NCBI GenBank assembly: GCA_017457345.1
Contig: JAFTHR010000116.1
Span: 1 to 27,658 of the forward strand
Length of the DNA: 27,658 bases
Reading direction: 5' to 3'
Source of the DNA: Clostridia bacterium
Lineage (GTDB): Bacteria; Bacillota; Clostridia; Christensenellales; Borkfalkiaceae
This document shows, piece after piece, positions 10,688-19,438 of this stretch (position 1 is its first letter; each line of letters opens with the position of its first letter). The notes under the pieces are model-generated. The model ran no database searches, was not told where the DNA came from, and saw only the letters and a program-made list of their open reading frames with translations. Made by a program: the position numbers and the translations under genes.

Positions 10688-11782
10688 GTGGACGAACGTT
10701 TATTAAAAAATGAAGAAAAAGCGGTGTTCGCGTTGCGTGCACTCTACCAAAATTACGGATACTTGCCCTTTAAAATGAGCAAGTTTGAAGAATACGATTT
10801 ATACGCATACAACAAAGAGTTTTTGGTAAGCGACCGTGTAATCACTTTTACCGATACAGACGGGAAGTTGATGGCGCTCAAACCAGACGTCACTTTGTCC
10901 ATTGTAAAAAACACGCAAAGCGCAAAGGAAAAGCGCAAGGTTTTTTATAGCGAGAACGTGTATCGCGTGTCCGAGCGGACGAACCAGTTTAAGGAAATTA
11001 TGCAAACGGGTTTGGAATGTATCGGTGAGATCGGATTATACGACGTGTTCGAAGCAGTCTTGCTTGCGGCTAAGAGTTTAGACGTTATCAGTGAAGAGTT
11101 CGTTCTCAGCGTTGCCGATACCGTGCTCTTTGAAGCGGTACTTGAAGAAATCACGGCGGACAAAAAGGTAAAAAGCGCGCTTGCCGTGCTTTTAGCGGAT
11201 AGAAACCGTGACGATTTAGCAAGGGTGTGTTTCGAAAACGGGTTTACGAAAGAACAAACGGAAAAAGTAATGGTGCTTGCTAGCGCATACGGCGATGCGG
11301 AAAAAGTGTTAGCCGCGTTGAAAAGCGTTTGCGCGTCGGTTCAAGCCAAGGAAAAAATAGAAGAACTCAAAACGTTATTCGCGTTGCTCGGCGAAAGCGG
11401 ATTAGCAGGCAAGATTCGGTTAGATTTTTCGCTTGCAAGCAATTCGGCGTACTATAGCGGAACGGTGTTTAAAGGGTACGTAAAAGGGATTCCGGAAGCC
11501 GTTCTTTCGGGCGGTAGATACGATAGCCTGCTCAATCGAATGGGGAAAGCAGGCGGCGCGGTCGGCTTTGCCATTTACTTGGATTTGCTTGAACAATTAG
11601 AGCAAACGGCTAAGGCGTACGATATAGACTGCGTGGTATTATATAGCGATTCCACGCCTGCGCATAGTATTGTAAAGGCGGTGCAAGGATGCGTGGAAAA
11701 AGGGGAGCGTGTGCAAGCGCAAAAAGAGTTGCCTGCGCTTCGCTATAAAACGGTGATCGATTTGAGAGGGGAAAAGGCATGA
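10688..11782 (+). CDS. hisZ: ATP phosphoribosyltransferase regulatory subunit
   Basis: ALKPDVT, Q.GLE.IG, SGGRYD and VGFAIYLD (HisRS-like fold); precedes a short HisG. GTG 10688 behind AAGGAG. Confidence 0.93.
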   Translation: MDERLLKNEEKAVFALRALYQNYGYLPFKMSKFEEYDLYAYNKEFLVSDRVITFTDTDGKLMALKPDVTLSIVKNTQSAKEKRKVFYSENVYRVSERTNQFKEIMQTGLECIGEIGLYDVFEAVLLAAKSLDVISEEFVLSVADTVLFEAVLEEITADKKVKSALAVLLADRNRDDLARVCFENGFTKEQTEKVMVLASAYGDAEKVLAALKSVCASVQAKEKIEELKTLFALLGESGLAGKIRLDFSLASNSAYYSGTVFKGYVKGIPEAVLSGGRYDSLLNRMGKAGGAVGFAIYLDLLEQLEQTAKAYDIDCVVLYSDSTPAHSIVKAVQGCVEKGERVQAQKELPALRYKTVIDLRGEKA

Positions 11783-12414
11783 TAAATATAGCGTTGCCGA
11801 AAGGACGGCTTGGCGAAAAGGTGTACGACTTGTTTGAAAAAGCAGGTTATGATTGCCCGTCCATCAAAGAAAATAGCCGTAAATTGATTTTTGAAAATGC
11901 CGAAAAAGGCGTCCGCTTTTTTTGGGTAAAACCTTCGGACGTAGCCATCTACGTAGCACGCGGCGCTGCCGATTTGGGGGTAGCAGGGAAGGATATCTTG
12001 CTTGAATACCGCCCAGACGTGTACGAGTTGCTCGATTTACAAATGGGCAAATGCTCTATGGCGGTAGCAGCGAAAAAGGACTTTTACGACGATACCGAAA
12101 GAACGCTCAAAGTAGCCACGAAGTTCGTGCGTATCGCAAAGGAATACTATGCGAAAAAGGGAAGAGAAATCGACGTGATAGAGTTGCACGGTTCCATTGA
12201 ACTTGCGCCGATTTTGAACCTTTCAGACGTGATCGTGGATAGCGTGGAAACGGGCGCAACGCTCCGTGAAAACGATTTGGTGGTAGTGGAAAAGTTCTTG
12301 CCTATTTCGGCGCGTATGATAGCAAACAAAGCAAGTTTTTGTTTTAACACGGAAAAAGTAGAAGAAATCGTGAAAAAGATCGGAGAGATTTTGAAAAATG
12401 GTGAAAGTTTATAA
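11779..12414 (+). CDS. hisG: ATP phosphoribosyltransferase, short form
   Basis: IALPKGRL, DLGVAGKDILLE, VATKF and GSIELAPIL.L.DVIVD.VETGATL.EN.L; 211 aa; ATGA overlap with hisZ. Confidence 0.96.
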   Translation: MINIALPKGRLGEKVYDLFEKAGYDCPSIKENSRKLIFENAEKGVRFFWVKPSDVAIYVARGAADLGVAGKDILLEYRPDVYELLDLQMGKCSMAVAAKKDFYDDTERTLKVATKFVRIAKEYYAKKGREIDVIELHGSIELAPILNLSDVIVDSVETGATLRENDLVVVEKFLPISARMIANKASFCFNTEKVEEIVKKIGEILKNGESL

Positions 12415-13675
12415 GATGAACGAAGTGCCGAAAGAAGAGATTTTTGCCCGTGATAACGTGACGGGCAACGTATCGGCAATCGTGACAGACATCATTGAAA
12501 ACGTAAAAGCAAAAGGGGACGCCGCGCTCTACGAATACGCGGAAAAGTTCGACGGCGTGCGTTTGAACGCCCTTCGCGTGAGCGCAGAAGAAATAGAAGA
12601 AGCGTTCTCGCTCGTGGAAAAGCCGTTTATTGAAATCATTGAAAAGGCGGCGAAAAATATCCGCGCGTTCCACGAAAAACAGGTACGAGAAGGATTTTGC
12701 ATCAAGAAAGAAAACGGCGTGGTGACGGGGCAAAAAATCACCCCGATCGAAAAGGTGGGCTTGTACGTGCCCGGTGGTACGGCGGCGTATCCTTCCACGG
12801 TCCTTATGGATTCTATTCCTGCTAAAATTGCAGGTTGCAAACGAGTGGTAATGGTCACCCCCCCGAAAAAGGACGGTAAGGTAAACCCCGTTATTTTAGC
12901 GGCGGCAAAAATTGCAGGGATAGACGAGATTTATAAAGTGGGCGGCGCACAAGCCGTTGCCGCGCTCGCGTACGGCACGGAAAGCATTGCGAGCGTAGAT
13001 AAAATCGTAGGGCCCGGGAACGCCTTTGTTGCCGAAGCGAAAAAGCAAGTGTTCGGTAAGGTGGCGATTGATATGATTGCAGGGCCGAGCGAGATATTAA
13101 TCGTTGCGGACGGAACGTGCAACGCGGCGTACGTGGCGGCGGACTTGCTTTCGCAAGCCGAACACGATAAGAACGCAAGTGCCGTGCTCGTAACGGATAG
13201 CGAAGCGCTTGCGGCGGGCGTTGTGGAAGAATTAGAAAAGCAAATCCCGTTGTTGCCGCGCGCGGAAATTGCAAGAACTTCGATCGATAAAAACGGTAAA
13301 ATTATCGTGGTGAACGATTTAAACGAAGCGATTGCGGTGTCGAATGAAATTGCGCCCGAACACTTAGAGATTTGCGTGGATAACCCGTTCGAGTATTTAG
13401 AAAAGGTAGAAAACGCCGGCTCGGTATTCTTGGGCAAAAACTGCCCCGAAGCGCTCGGCGATTACTATGCCGGCCCGAACCACACCTTGCCTACGGGTGG
13501 TACGGCGCGTTTTTCCAACCCGCTTGGGGTAGACGATTTCGTGAAGAAAACGCAGTACACTTATTACACGAAGGAAGCGCTTTCACAAGTAGGCGCGGAA
13601 GTGGCGTATTTTGCGAATAAGGAGGGCTTGGACGCGCACGCAAGAAGCGTGACGATCCGTACGGAAGATGAGTAA
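12398..13675 (+). CDS. hisD: Histidinol dehydrogenase
   Basis: GLYVPGG.AAYPSTVLM, GPGNAFV, IDMIAGPSE, QAEHD, APEHLE and AGPNHTLPT. The start could alternatively be ATG 12416. Confidence 0.97.
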   Translation: MVKVYKMNEVPKEEIFARDNVTGNVSAIVTDIIENVKAKGDAALYEYAEKFDGVRLNALRVSAEEIEEAFSLVEKPFIEIIEKAAKNIRAFHEKQVREGFCIKKENGVVTGQKITPIEKVGLYVPGGTAAYPSTVLMDSIPAKIAGCKRVVMVTPPKKDGKVNPVILAAAKIAGIDEIYKVGGAQAVAALAYGTESIASVDKIVGPGNAFVAEAKKQVFGKVAIDMIAGPSEILIVADGTCNAAYVAADLLSQAEHDKNASAVLVTDSEALAAGVVEELEKQIPLLPRAEIARTSIDKNGKIIVVNDLNEAIAVSNEIAPEHLEICVDNPFEYLEKVENAGSVFLGKNCPEALGDYYAGPNHTLPTGGTARFSNPLGVDDFVKKTQYTYYTKEALSQVGAEVAYFANKEGLDAHARSVTIRTEDE

Positions 13676-14729
13676 GTTTTTTTCAAAAAAACACGGCGGG
13701 CTAGTGGCGTACACACCCGGCGAACAACCCAAAGATCGCGGCTACGTGAAACTGAACACGAACGAATCACCGTTTCCCCCTTCGCCATTTGTTTCGGCGG
13801 CGGTGCAAGCGGGCGCAAACGGATTGAACTTATACTGCGATCCTGAAAACACGCGGGTGAATACGGCGATTGCAAATTACTACGGCGTGCAAAAAAATCA
13901 GGTGATTACGGGCAACGGATCAGACGAGATTTTGAACTATGCCGTGTGCGCGTTTTGCGACGATACTTCACCGCTCGTGTTCGCCGATATCACCTACGGG
14001 TTCTATCCCGTATTTGCTAAAATCAACGCCGTTCCAACCAAGATAATCCCGTTAAAAGAAGACTTTTCTATCGACGTGGAAGCGTTTTGCGCGGAGCAGG
14101 GAACGGTTGTGATTGCGAACCCGAACGCCCCTACGGGGATTTGTTTGTCCCTTGAAACGATAGAAAAAATCGTGGCGGCGCACAAAAACAGCGTGGTGAT
14201 TATCGACGAAGCATACGTGGATTTCGGTGGCGAAAGCGCGGTAAAACTCGTGGAAAAATACGAGAACCTTTTAGTGGTGCAAACCTTTTCAAAGTCCCGC
14301 TCGTTAGCCGGCGGAAGATTAGGGTTTGGGATTGCAAACGAAAAAATTATTGCCGATTTAAACACGGTAAAATACTCGTTAAACCCCTACAACGTGAACA
14401 CGCTCACGCAACTTGCGGGAGAAGCGTCTATGCAGGATAAAGGGTATTTTGAAAAGAACGTTGCCACGGTGATAGCAAACCGCGAATATACGGTTGCAAA
14501 ACTTGAAGAAATGGGTTTTGAAGTATTGCCTTCGAAAGCGAACTTTGTGTTTGCAAGAAAGAGCGGGCTAGACGGGGGCGAGTGGTACGTTCGCTTAAAA
14601 GAAAAAGGGGTGCTCGTTCGCCATTTCACGAGCGAGCGGATTAAGGACTTTAACCGCGTGACGATCGGTACGAAAGAACAAATGGACGCTTTTTTGAAAG
14701 CGACGAAAGAAATCCTACAAGGAGAATAA
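13668..14729 (+). CDS. hisC: Histidinol-phosphate aminotransferase
   Basis: KLNTNESPFPPSP, GNGSDE, NPNAPTG, DEAYVDF and TFSKSRSLAG.RLG. Confidence 0.96.
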   Translation: MSKFFSKKHGGLVAYTPGEQPKDRGYVKLNTNESPFPPSPFVSAAVQAGANGLNLYCDPENTRVNTAIANYYGVQKNQVITGNGSDEILNYAVCAFCDDTSPLVFADITYGFYPVFAKINAVPTKIIPLKEDFSIDVEAFCAEQGTVVIANPNAPTGICLSLETIEKIVAAHKNSVVIIDEAYVDFGGESAVKLVEKYENLLVVQTFSKSRSLAGGRLGFGIANEKIIADLNTVKYSLNPYNVNTLTQLAGEASMQDKGYFEKNVATVIANREYTVAKLEEMGFEVLPSKANFVFARKSGLDGGEWYVRLKEKGVLVRHFTSERIKDFNRVTIGTKEQMDAFLKATKEILQGE

Positions 14730-14732
14730 AAA

Positions 14733-15323
14733 ATGAGAGAAAGTAGCATTGCAAGAAAAACGGCGGAAACGGATATCACCTTAACGCTTAATTTAGACGG
14801 ATCGGGCAATTCAAAGATTGAAACGGGTTGCGGCTTTTTAGACCACATGCTCACCCTTTTTTCCAAGCACGCGCACTACGATTTGAGCGTATGCTGCAAA
14901 GGGGACGTGGAAGTGGATTATCACCACACGGTAGAAGACGTTGCCATTTGCCTTGGTACGGCGTTTGCAAAGGCTTTGGGGGATAAAAAAGGCGTAAATC
15001 GCTACGGCGATAAAATTTTGCCGATGGACGAAGCGCTTATTTTATCGGCGGTAGATTTATCGGGAAGAGATTATTTGGGCTATGCGCTTGATATTCCTTC
15101 CTTTAAGGTGGGCGACTTTGATACCGAACTTTGCGAAGAATTCTTTAAAGCGTTCGTTCGCGAAGCGAAGATCACGTTGCATATTCGTCAACTTGCGGGA
15201 ACGAACTCCCACCACATTATTGAAGGCGCGTTCAAGTGCGTGGCGCGTGCGCTTGCGCAAGCCACGCAAATCAACGAAAAATTCGCGGCGGAAATTCCGT
15301 CTACTAAGGGTACGCTCGTATGA
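14733..15323 (+). CDS. hisB: Imidazoleglycerol-phosphate dehydratase
   Basis: R.T.ETDI, FLDHML, DYHHTVED, PMDEAL, NSHHIIE and PSTKG.L. Confidence 0.97.
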   Translation: MRESSIARKTAETDITLTLNLDGSGNSKIETGCGFLDHMLTLFSKHAHYDLSVCCKGDVEVDYHHTVEDVAICLGTAFAKALGDKKGVNRYGDKILPMDEALILSAVDLSGRDYLGYALDIPSFKVGDFDTELCEEFFKAFVREAKITLHIRQLAGTNSHHIIEGAFKCVARALAQATQINEKFAAEIPSTKGTLV

Positions 15324-15934
15324 TAGCAATCGTCGATTACGGCGTGGGCAATTTATTTTCGCTGAAATCGTCGTTTGAAGCGGTGGGCGCGGAAGTAGTG
15401 GTCACGGGAGAAAAATCGGTTATAGAATCGGCGGATAAAATCGTTTTGCCCGGCGTCGGCGCGTTTGCAGACGCCGCTCGTAAGTTGCGTGAAAGCGGGC
15501 TTGCGGAAACGGTAAAGGCGGAAGCGGCGAAAGGGAAACCGTTGCTTGGGATTTGCTTAGGGATGCAATTATTGTTTGAAGAGAGCCACGAATACGGCGT
15601 GCATCAAGGCTTAGGGCTTATCCAAGGCAAAGTCGTTTCTATGCAGGGCGTAATTCCACAAAACTTGCAAATTCCGCAAATCGGTTGGAACGCTTTAAAA
15701 TTCCACCAAGACCACCCTGTTTTAAAGTATATTAAAGAAGGGGATTGCGTGTATTTCGTGCATTCGTACTATGCAACCGAGTGCAATAAGGATTTGCTTT
15801 TGAGCGTGGAATACGGCGCGGAAATCACGGCGGCGGTTGTGCGCGGCAACGTGTTAGGGATGCAATTCCACCCCGAAAAGAGCGGCACGGTAGGGTTAAA
15901 CTTGTTGCGTGCGTTCGTGGAATGGGAGGCTTAA
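15320..15934 (+). CDS. hisH: Imidazole glycerol phosphate synthase glutaminase subunit
   Basis: DYGVGNL.S, LPGVGAF, GICLGMQ, YFVHSYY and QFHPEKS. Confidence 0.97.
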   Translation: MIAIVDYGVGNLFSLKSSFEAVGAEVVVTGEKSVIESADKIVLPGVGAFADAARKLRESGLAETVKAEAAKGKPLLGICLGMQLLFEESHEYGVHQGLGLIQGKVVSMQGVIPQNLQIPQIGWNALKFHQDHPVLKYIKEGDCVYFVHSYYATECNKDLLLSVEYGAEITAAVVRGNVLGMQFHPEKSGTVGLNLLRAFVEWEA

Positions 15935-15935
15935 A

Positions 15936-16649
15936 ATGAAAATTTTTCCTGCCATTGATTTATATCAAGGCAAAGCAGTCCGCTTGTATAAAGGGGACTA
16001 CGCTCAAATGACAATCTATTCCGAAGATCCCGTATCCGTTGCAAAAGAGTTCGAAAAAAAAGGCGCGGAGTACGTGCATCTTGTGGATTTAGAAGGCGCA
16101 AAATTCAACTCCACGCCCAACCGTAGCGTGGTGGAAAGGATCGCAAAAGAAACGAACTTGTTCGTGGAAATCGGCGGCGGTATTCGTGACGACGAGTGCG
16201 CGGCACGCTATTTCTCCTGCGGCGTAGACCGCGTGATTTTAGGCACGGCGGCGGTGACGGACGAAGCGTTTTTGCGCCGCGCCGTAAAGCAATACGGCGA
16301 AAAAATTGCCGTGGGCGCGGATATTAAGGACGGGTTTGTGGCAATCAAAGGCTGGCTGGAAAAATCGGCTTACGACGCCGATTCCTTCTTTGAAAAAATG
16401 CAACAAATCGGCGTGGATACCGTTATTTGTACCGACGTTTCAAAAGACGGCGCAATGAAGGGTGCAAACCACGCGTTATACGAAAGTCTTTCCAAAAAAT
16501 ATAGTGTGAAAATCGTAGCGTCCGGCGGGGTGTCTTCGATAGAAGATATCGTGCGGCTCAATGCGCTCGGCGTAGACGGTGCAATTATCGGCAAGGCGTA
16601 TTACACGGGTGATTTGGATTTGAGTGAGGCAATAGAAAAAGCAAGATGA
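15936..16649 (+). CDS. hisA: ProFAR isomerase
   Basis: PAIDL..GKAVRL..GD, HLVDLEGA, GGGIR, TD.SKDG and ASGGV. ATG 15936 behind GGGAGG. Confidence 0.96.
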   Translation: MKIFPAIDLYQGKAVRLYKGDYAQMTIYSEDPVSVAKEFEKKGAEYVHLVDLEGAKFNSTPNRSVVERIAKETNLFVEIGGGIRDDECAARYFSCGVDRVILGTAAVTDEAFLRRAVKQYGEKIAVGADIKDGFVAIKGWLEKSAYDADSFFEKMQQIGVDTVICTDVSKDGAMKGANHALYESLSKKYSVKIVASGGVSSIEDIVRLNALGVDGAIIGKAYYTGDLDLSEAIEKAR

Positions 16650-17404
16650 TTACCAAGAGAATAATTCCCTGCCTAGACGTAAAAGACGGGCAGGTAGTGA
16701 AAGGCGTGAATTTCGAAGGGGTGAAAACGGTTGCCGATCCCGAGCGTTTGGCAAAGTTCTATTCCGATTGTGGAGCAGACGAGTTGGTGTTTTACGACAT
16801 CACCGCAAGTTTCGAAAAACGCGCTCTGTTTACCGAGATTTTGAAAAAAGTGGCAAGCCGCATTTTTATTCCGTTAACGGTGGGCGGCGGCATCAATTCG
16901 CTAGAAGATTTCGATCGCGTTCTCAAATGCGGCGCGGATAAAGTGAGCGTGAATTCGGGTGCGATTCGCAATCCCGCGCTCGTTGGCGAAGCGGCGAAAA
17001 AATACGGCGATCAATGCGTGGTGTTATCGGTAGACGTAAAACGGGTAAACGGTGAATTCCGCGTGTTCTCGCACGGGGGGCGGATTGATACGGGTATGGA
17101 AGCGCTTTCTTGGATTCGGCGTTGCGTGGAAAACGGCGCGGGGGAAGTGGTAGTAAACTCCATTGATACCGACGGCGTAAAAAAAGGCTTCGATTTAGAA
17201 ATGCTCAAAGCCGTTTGCGAAATTGTGAAAGTGCCCGTAATTGCTTCGGGCGGGGCTGGTTGTCAAGAAGATTTTATAAAACTCTTCCAAGAAATCCCCG
17301 ATATTAGCGCGGGGCTTGCGGCGTCCGTATTCCATTTTGGAGAAATTGAGATTGCCGATTTAAAAGAAAATTTGCGCCAAAACGGCGTGATTGTGAGGTT
17401 GTGA
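16646..17404 (+). CDS. hisF: Imidazole glycerol phosphate synthase cyclase subunit
   Basis: [41 protein letters not shown] and IASGGAG. Confidence 0.97.
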   Translation: MITKRIIPCLDVKDGQVVKGVNFEGVKTVADPERLAKFYSDCGADELVFYDITASFEKRALFTEILKKVASRIFIPLTVGGGINSLEDFDRVLKCGADKVSVNSGAIRNPALVGEAAKKYGDQCVVLSVDVKRVNGEFRVFSHGGRIDTGMEALSWIRRCVENGAGEVVVNSIDTDGVKKGFDLEMLKAVCEIVKVPVIASGGAGCQEDFIKLFQEIPDISAGLAASVFHFGEIEIADLKENLRQNGVIVRL

Positions 17405-17405
17405 T

Positions 17406-18056
17406 ATGTTGAAAATAGAAGAACTTAAATTCGACGAAAAAGGTTTAATTCCCGCCGTTGTAGTGGATTCTATCAGCGGGGAAGTATTAATGGTGGCATA
17501 TATGAACGCCGAGAGTTTAAAAGTCACTATGGAGAAGGGGCGTACTTGTTTTTATTCCCGTTCTAGAAAAGAGTTATGGCTCAAAGGAGAAACGAGTGGG
17601 AACTACCAAAACGTTGTGTCCATTACCGCCGATTGCGATAACGACGCGTTAGTGGTGGTAGTAGAAAAAGAAGGCCCTGCCTGACACACGGGAAAAGAGA
17701 GTTGCTTTTTCAACCCCGTATACCAAAGCGAAGAGAGAAACCGCTTTACGCTCAAAGGGTTATACGAACTCTTAGAAGATAGAAAGGCAACGAAGCCCGA
17801 AGGATCGTACACCACGTACCTGTTCGAAAAAGGGATTGATAAAATCCTGAAAAAGATTGGGGAAGAGAGCACGGAAGTGATTATCGGTGGGAAAGCGGGG
17901 GATAAAAAGGAAACGATTTACGAACTTGCCGACCTTGCATACCACGCAATGGTATTGATGGTGGAAATGGGCATTACGGTGGAAGACGTGCACAAAGAAC
18001 TTGCTTCTCGCCATATTATCGATCACAAGGTAAAACAAGAAAAAATGACGAAATAA
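17406..18056 (+). CDS. hisIE: Bifunctional phosphoribosyl-AMP cyclohydrolase / phosphoribosyl-ATP pyrophosphatase with an in-frame TGA at codon 93 (17682-84); a pseudogene if the TGA is real and not recoded
   Basis: The HisI part ([16 protein letters not shown]...DCDND...GPA) continues in frame after TGA as HTGKESCFF, then the HisE domain ([22 protein letters not shown]...E.ADLAYH), to TAA at 18054-56. Total 217 codons including the terminal stop. Confidence 0.93.
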
Positions 18057-18073
18057 GCGCGAAAAACGCAACG

Positions 18074-18105
18074 AAAAAACCGCTCCTGTATGGGAGCGGT
18101 TTTTT
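18074..18105. terminator. Bidirectional intrinsic terminator between hisIE and the MFS gene
   Basis: AAAAAA-CCGCTCC-TGTATG-GGAGCGG-TTTTTT, located between convergent genes. Confidence 0.92.
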
Positions 18106-18118
18106 ATCGTTTAAAAAA

Positions 18119-19438
18119 TTATTCTTCGCTTTGCGCGTTTTCCGTGGCAGGTTCTTCCGCAATCGTTTCTTCCTTTTGGAAAGTGGGGTGTTTTGCCGCG
18201 ATAATGAACATAACTAAGCCGGCAATCGTTAAAAGCGGAATGGGAATAAGTTCCAAGTTCATTACCGCCGAAACGGTAGTGGGCACGTTCGAGAAAATAA
18301 GGGTGAACGTGGAAACGAGTGCAGGGCCGAGCGTTGCAGCGCCTTTTGCGAAAATATCGTAAATGCCAAAGTATTCGCCCGATTTTTCGCTAGGGATAAT
18401 TCTCGTGAAGTAGGAACGGGACATGGCTTGAATACCGCCTTGGAACATACCTACCACAACGGCAAGAAGCCAGAATTGCCATTCGAACTTTAAGAAGAGT
18501 GCAAACAACGAAACGGCAACGTACCCGGAGATGCAAACAAGGATAAGCCACTTATCTTCGAATTTCTTGGAAAGTTTACCCATCAAGATTGCCGAAGGGA
18601 AAGCAACGATTTGCGTTAACAGAAGGGCAAGGAGCAATTGCGTGGTTTCAAAGTGAAGCATATCTTCGCCGTATACGGTTGCCATCTTAATAATGGTGGA
18701 CGTACCGTTGATATACAAGAAGAACGCAAGCAAGAAAAGGAACGCCTTTTTGTTTTGCTTAATTTCTTTAAAGATTTGACCAAGACGAGAAAACGTTTCT
18801 TTTACGGGGTGAGCGGGTTTGGGCAAATAGTGCTTTTGCTCGTAGCTTTTAAAGATAGGAAGGGTAAAGCAGAGCCACCAAGCCGCCGTAATAATAAACG
18901 CCGCGATCATACGCCATTTCATAGCGATCACTTCGTTGGGAACAACGAGCACGAGCAAAAGGCAAACAAGGAAAGGGATGCAACTACCGATATACCCCCA
19001 AGCATAACCGTTTGCGGAAACGTTATGCACTCTGTCGTCCGTCGTCACGTCCGTGAGCATAGAATCGTAGAATACGCACGAAGAAGATAAGCCCACTTCC
19101 GTTAAGATATAGAATATCAAGAAGATGATAGGCGTTAAAATGGGAAGGGACAAAATTGCGCAGCCGCAAATGCCGAGCAGAGCAAACCCAAAGAAGAATT
19201 TGCGCTTTCCGCTAAAATCTGCAAGCGTGCCGAAGATCGGGCAAATGAACAAAGCGATTAACGCAACGATCGAAGATGCGTACCCCCAAAGGGTGGTTGC
19301 CACGCCGTCTTGCCCTTGAACGAGCGAAGAAAAGTAAATGGGCAAAATGGTGGAAGCGAAAAGCACCCAAGCGGAGTTGCCTACGTCGTAAAGTACCCAT
19401 TTCTTTTCGAGTGAGGTAAGTTTGTTGGATTGACTCAT
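18119..19438 (-). CDS. MFS transporter, UMF1/Atg22-like family
   Basis: About 12 hydrophobic segments; W.LYD.GNSA, P..GTLADFSG.RK, FYDSML, S..GYAWGY.G, QAMSRSYF..IIP and GEYFG.Y motifs. Confidence 0.9.
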   Translation of the reverse strand: MSQSNKLTSLEKKWVLYDVGNSAWVLFASTILPIYFSSLVQGQDGVATTLWGYASSIVALIALFICPIFGTLADFSGKRKFFFGFALLGICGCAILSLPILTPIIFLIFYILTEVGLSSSCVFYDSMLTDVTTDDRVHNVSANGYAWGYIGSCIPFLVCLLLVLVVPNEVIAMKWRMIAAFIITAAWWLCFTLPIFKSYEQKHYLPKPAHPVKETFSRLGQIFKEIKQNKKAFLFLLAFFLYINGTSTIIKMATVYGEDMLHFETTQLLLALLLTQIVAFPSAILMGKLSKKFEDKWLILVCISGYVAVSLFALFLKFEWQFWLLAVVVGMFQGGIQAMSRSYFTRIIPSEKSGEYFGIYDIFAKGAATLGPALVSTFTLIFSNVPTTVSAVMNLELIPIPLLTIAGLVMFIIAAKHPTFQKEETIAEEPATENAQSEE

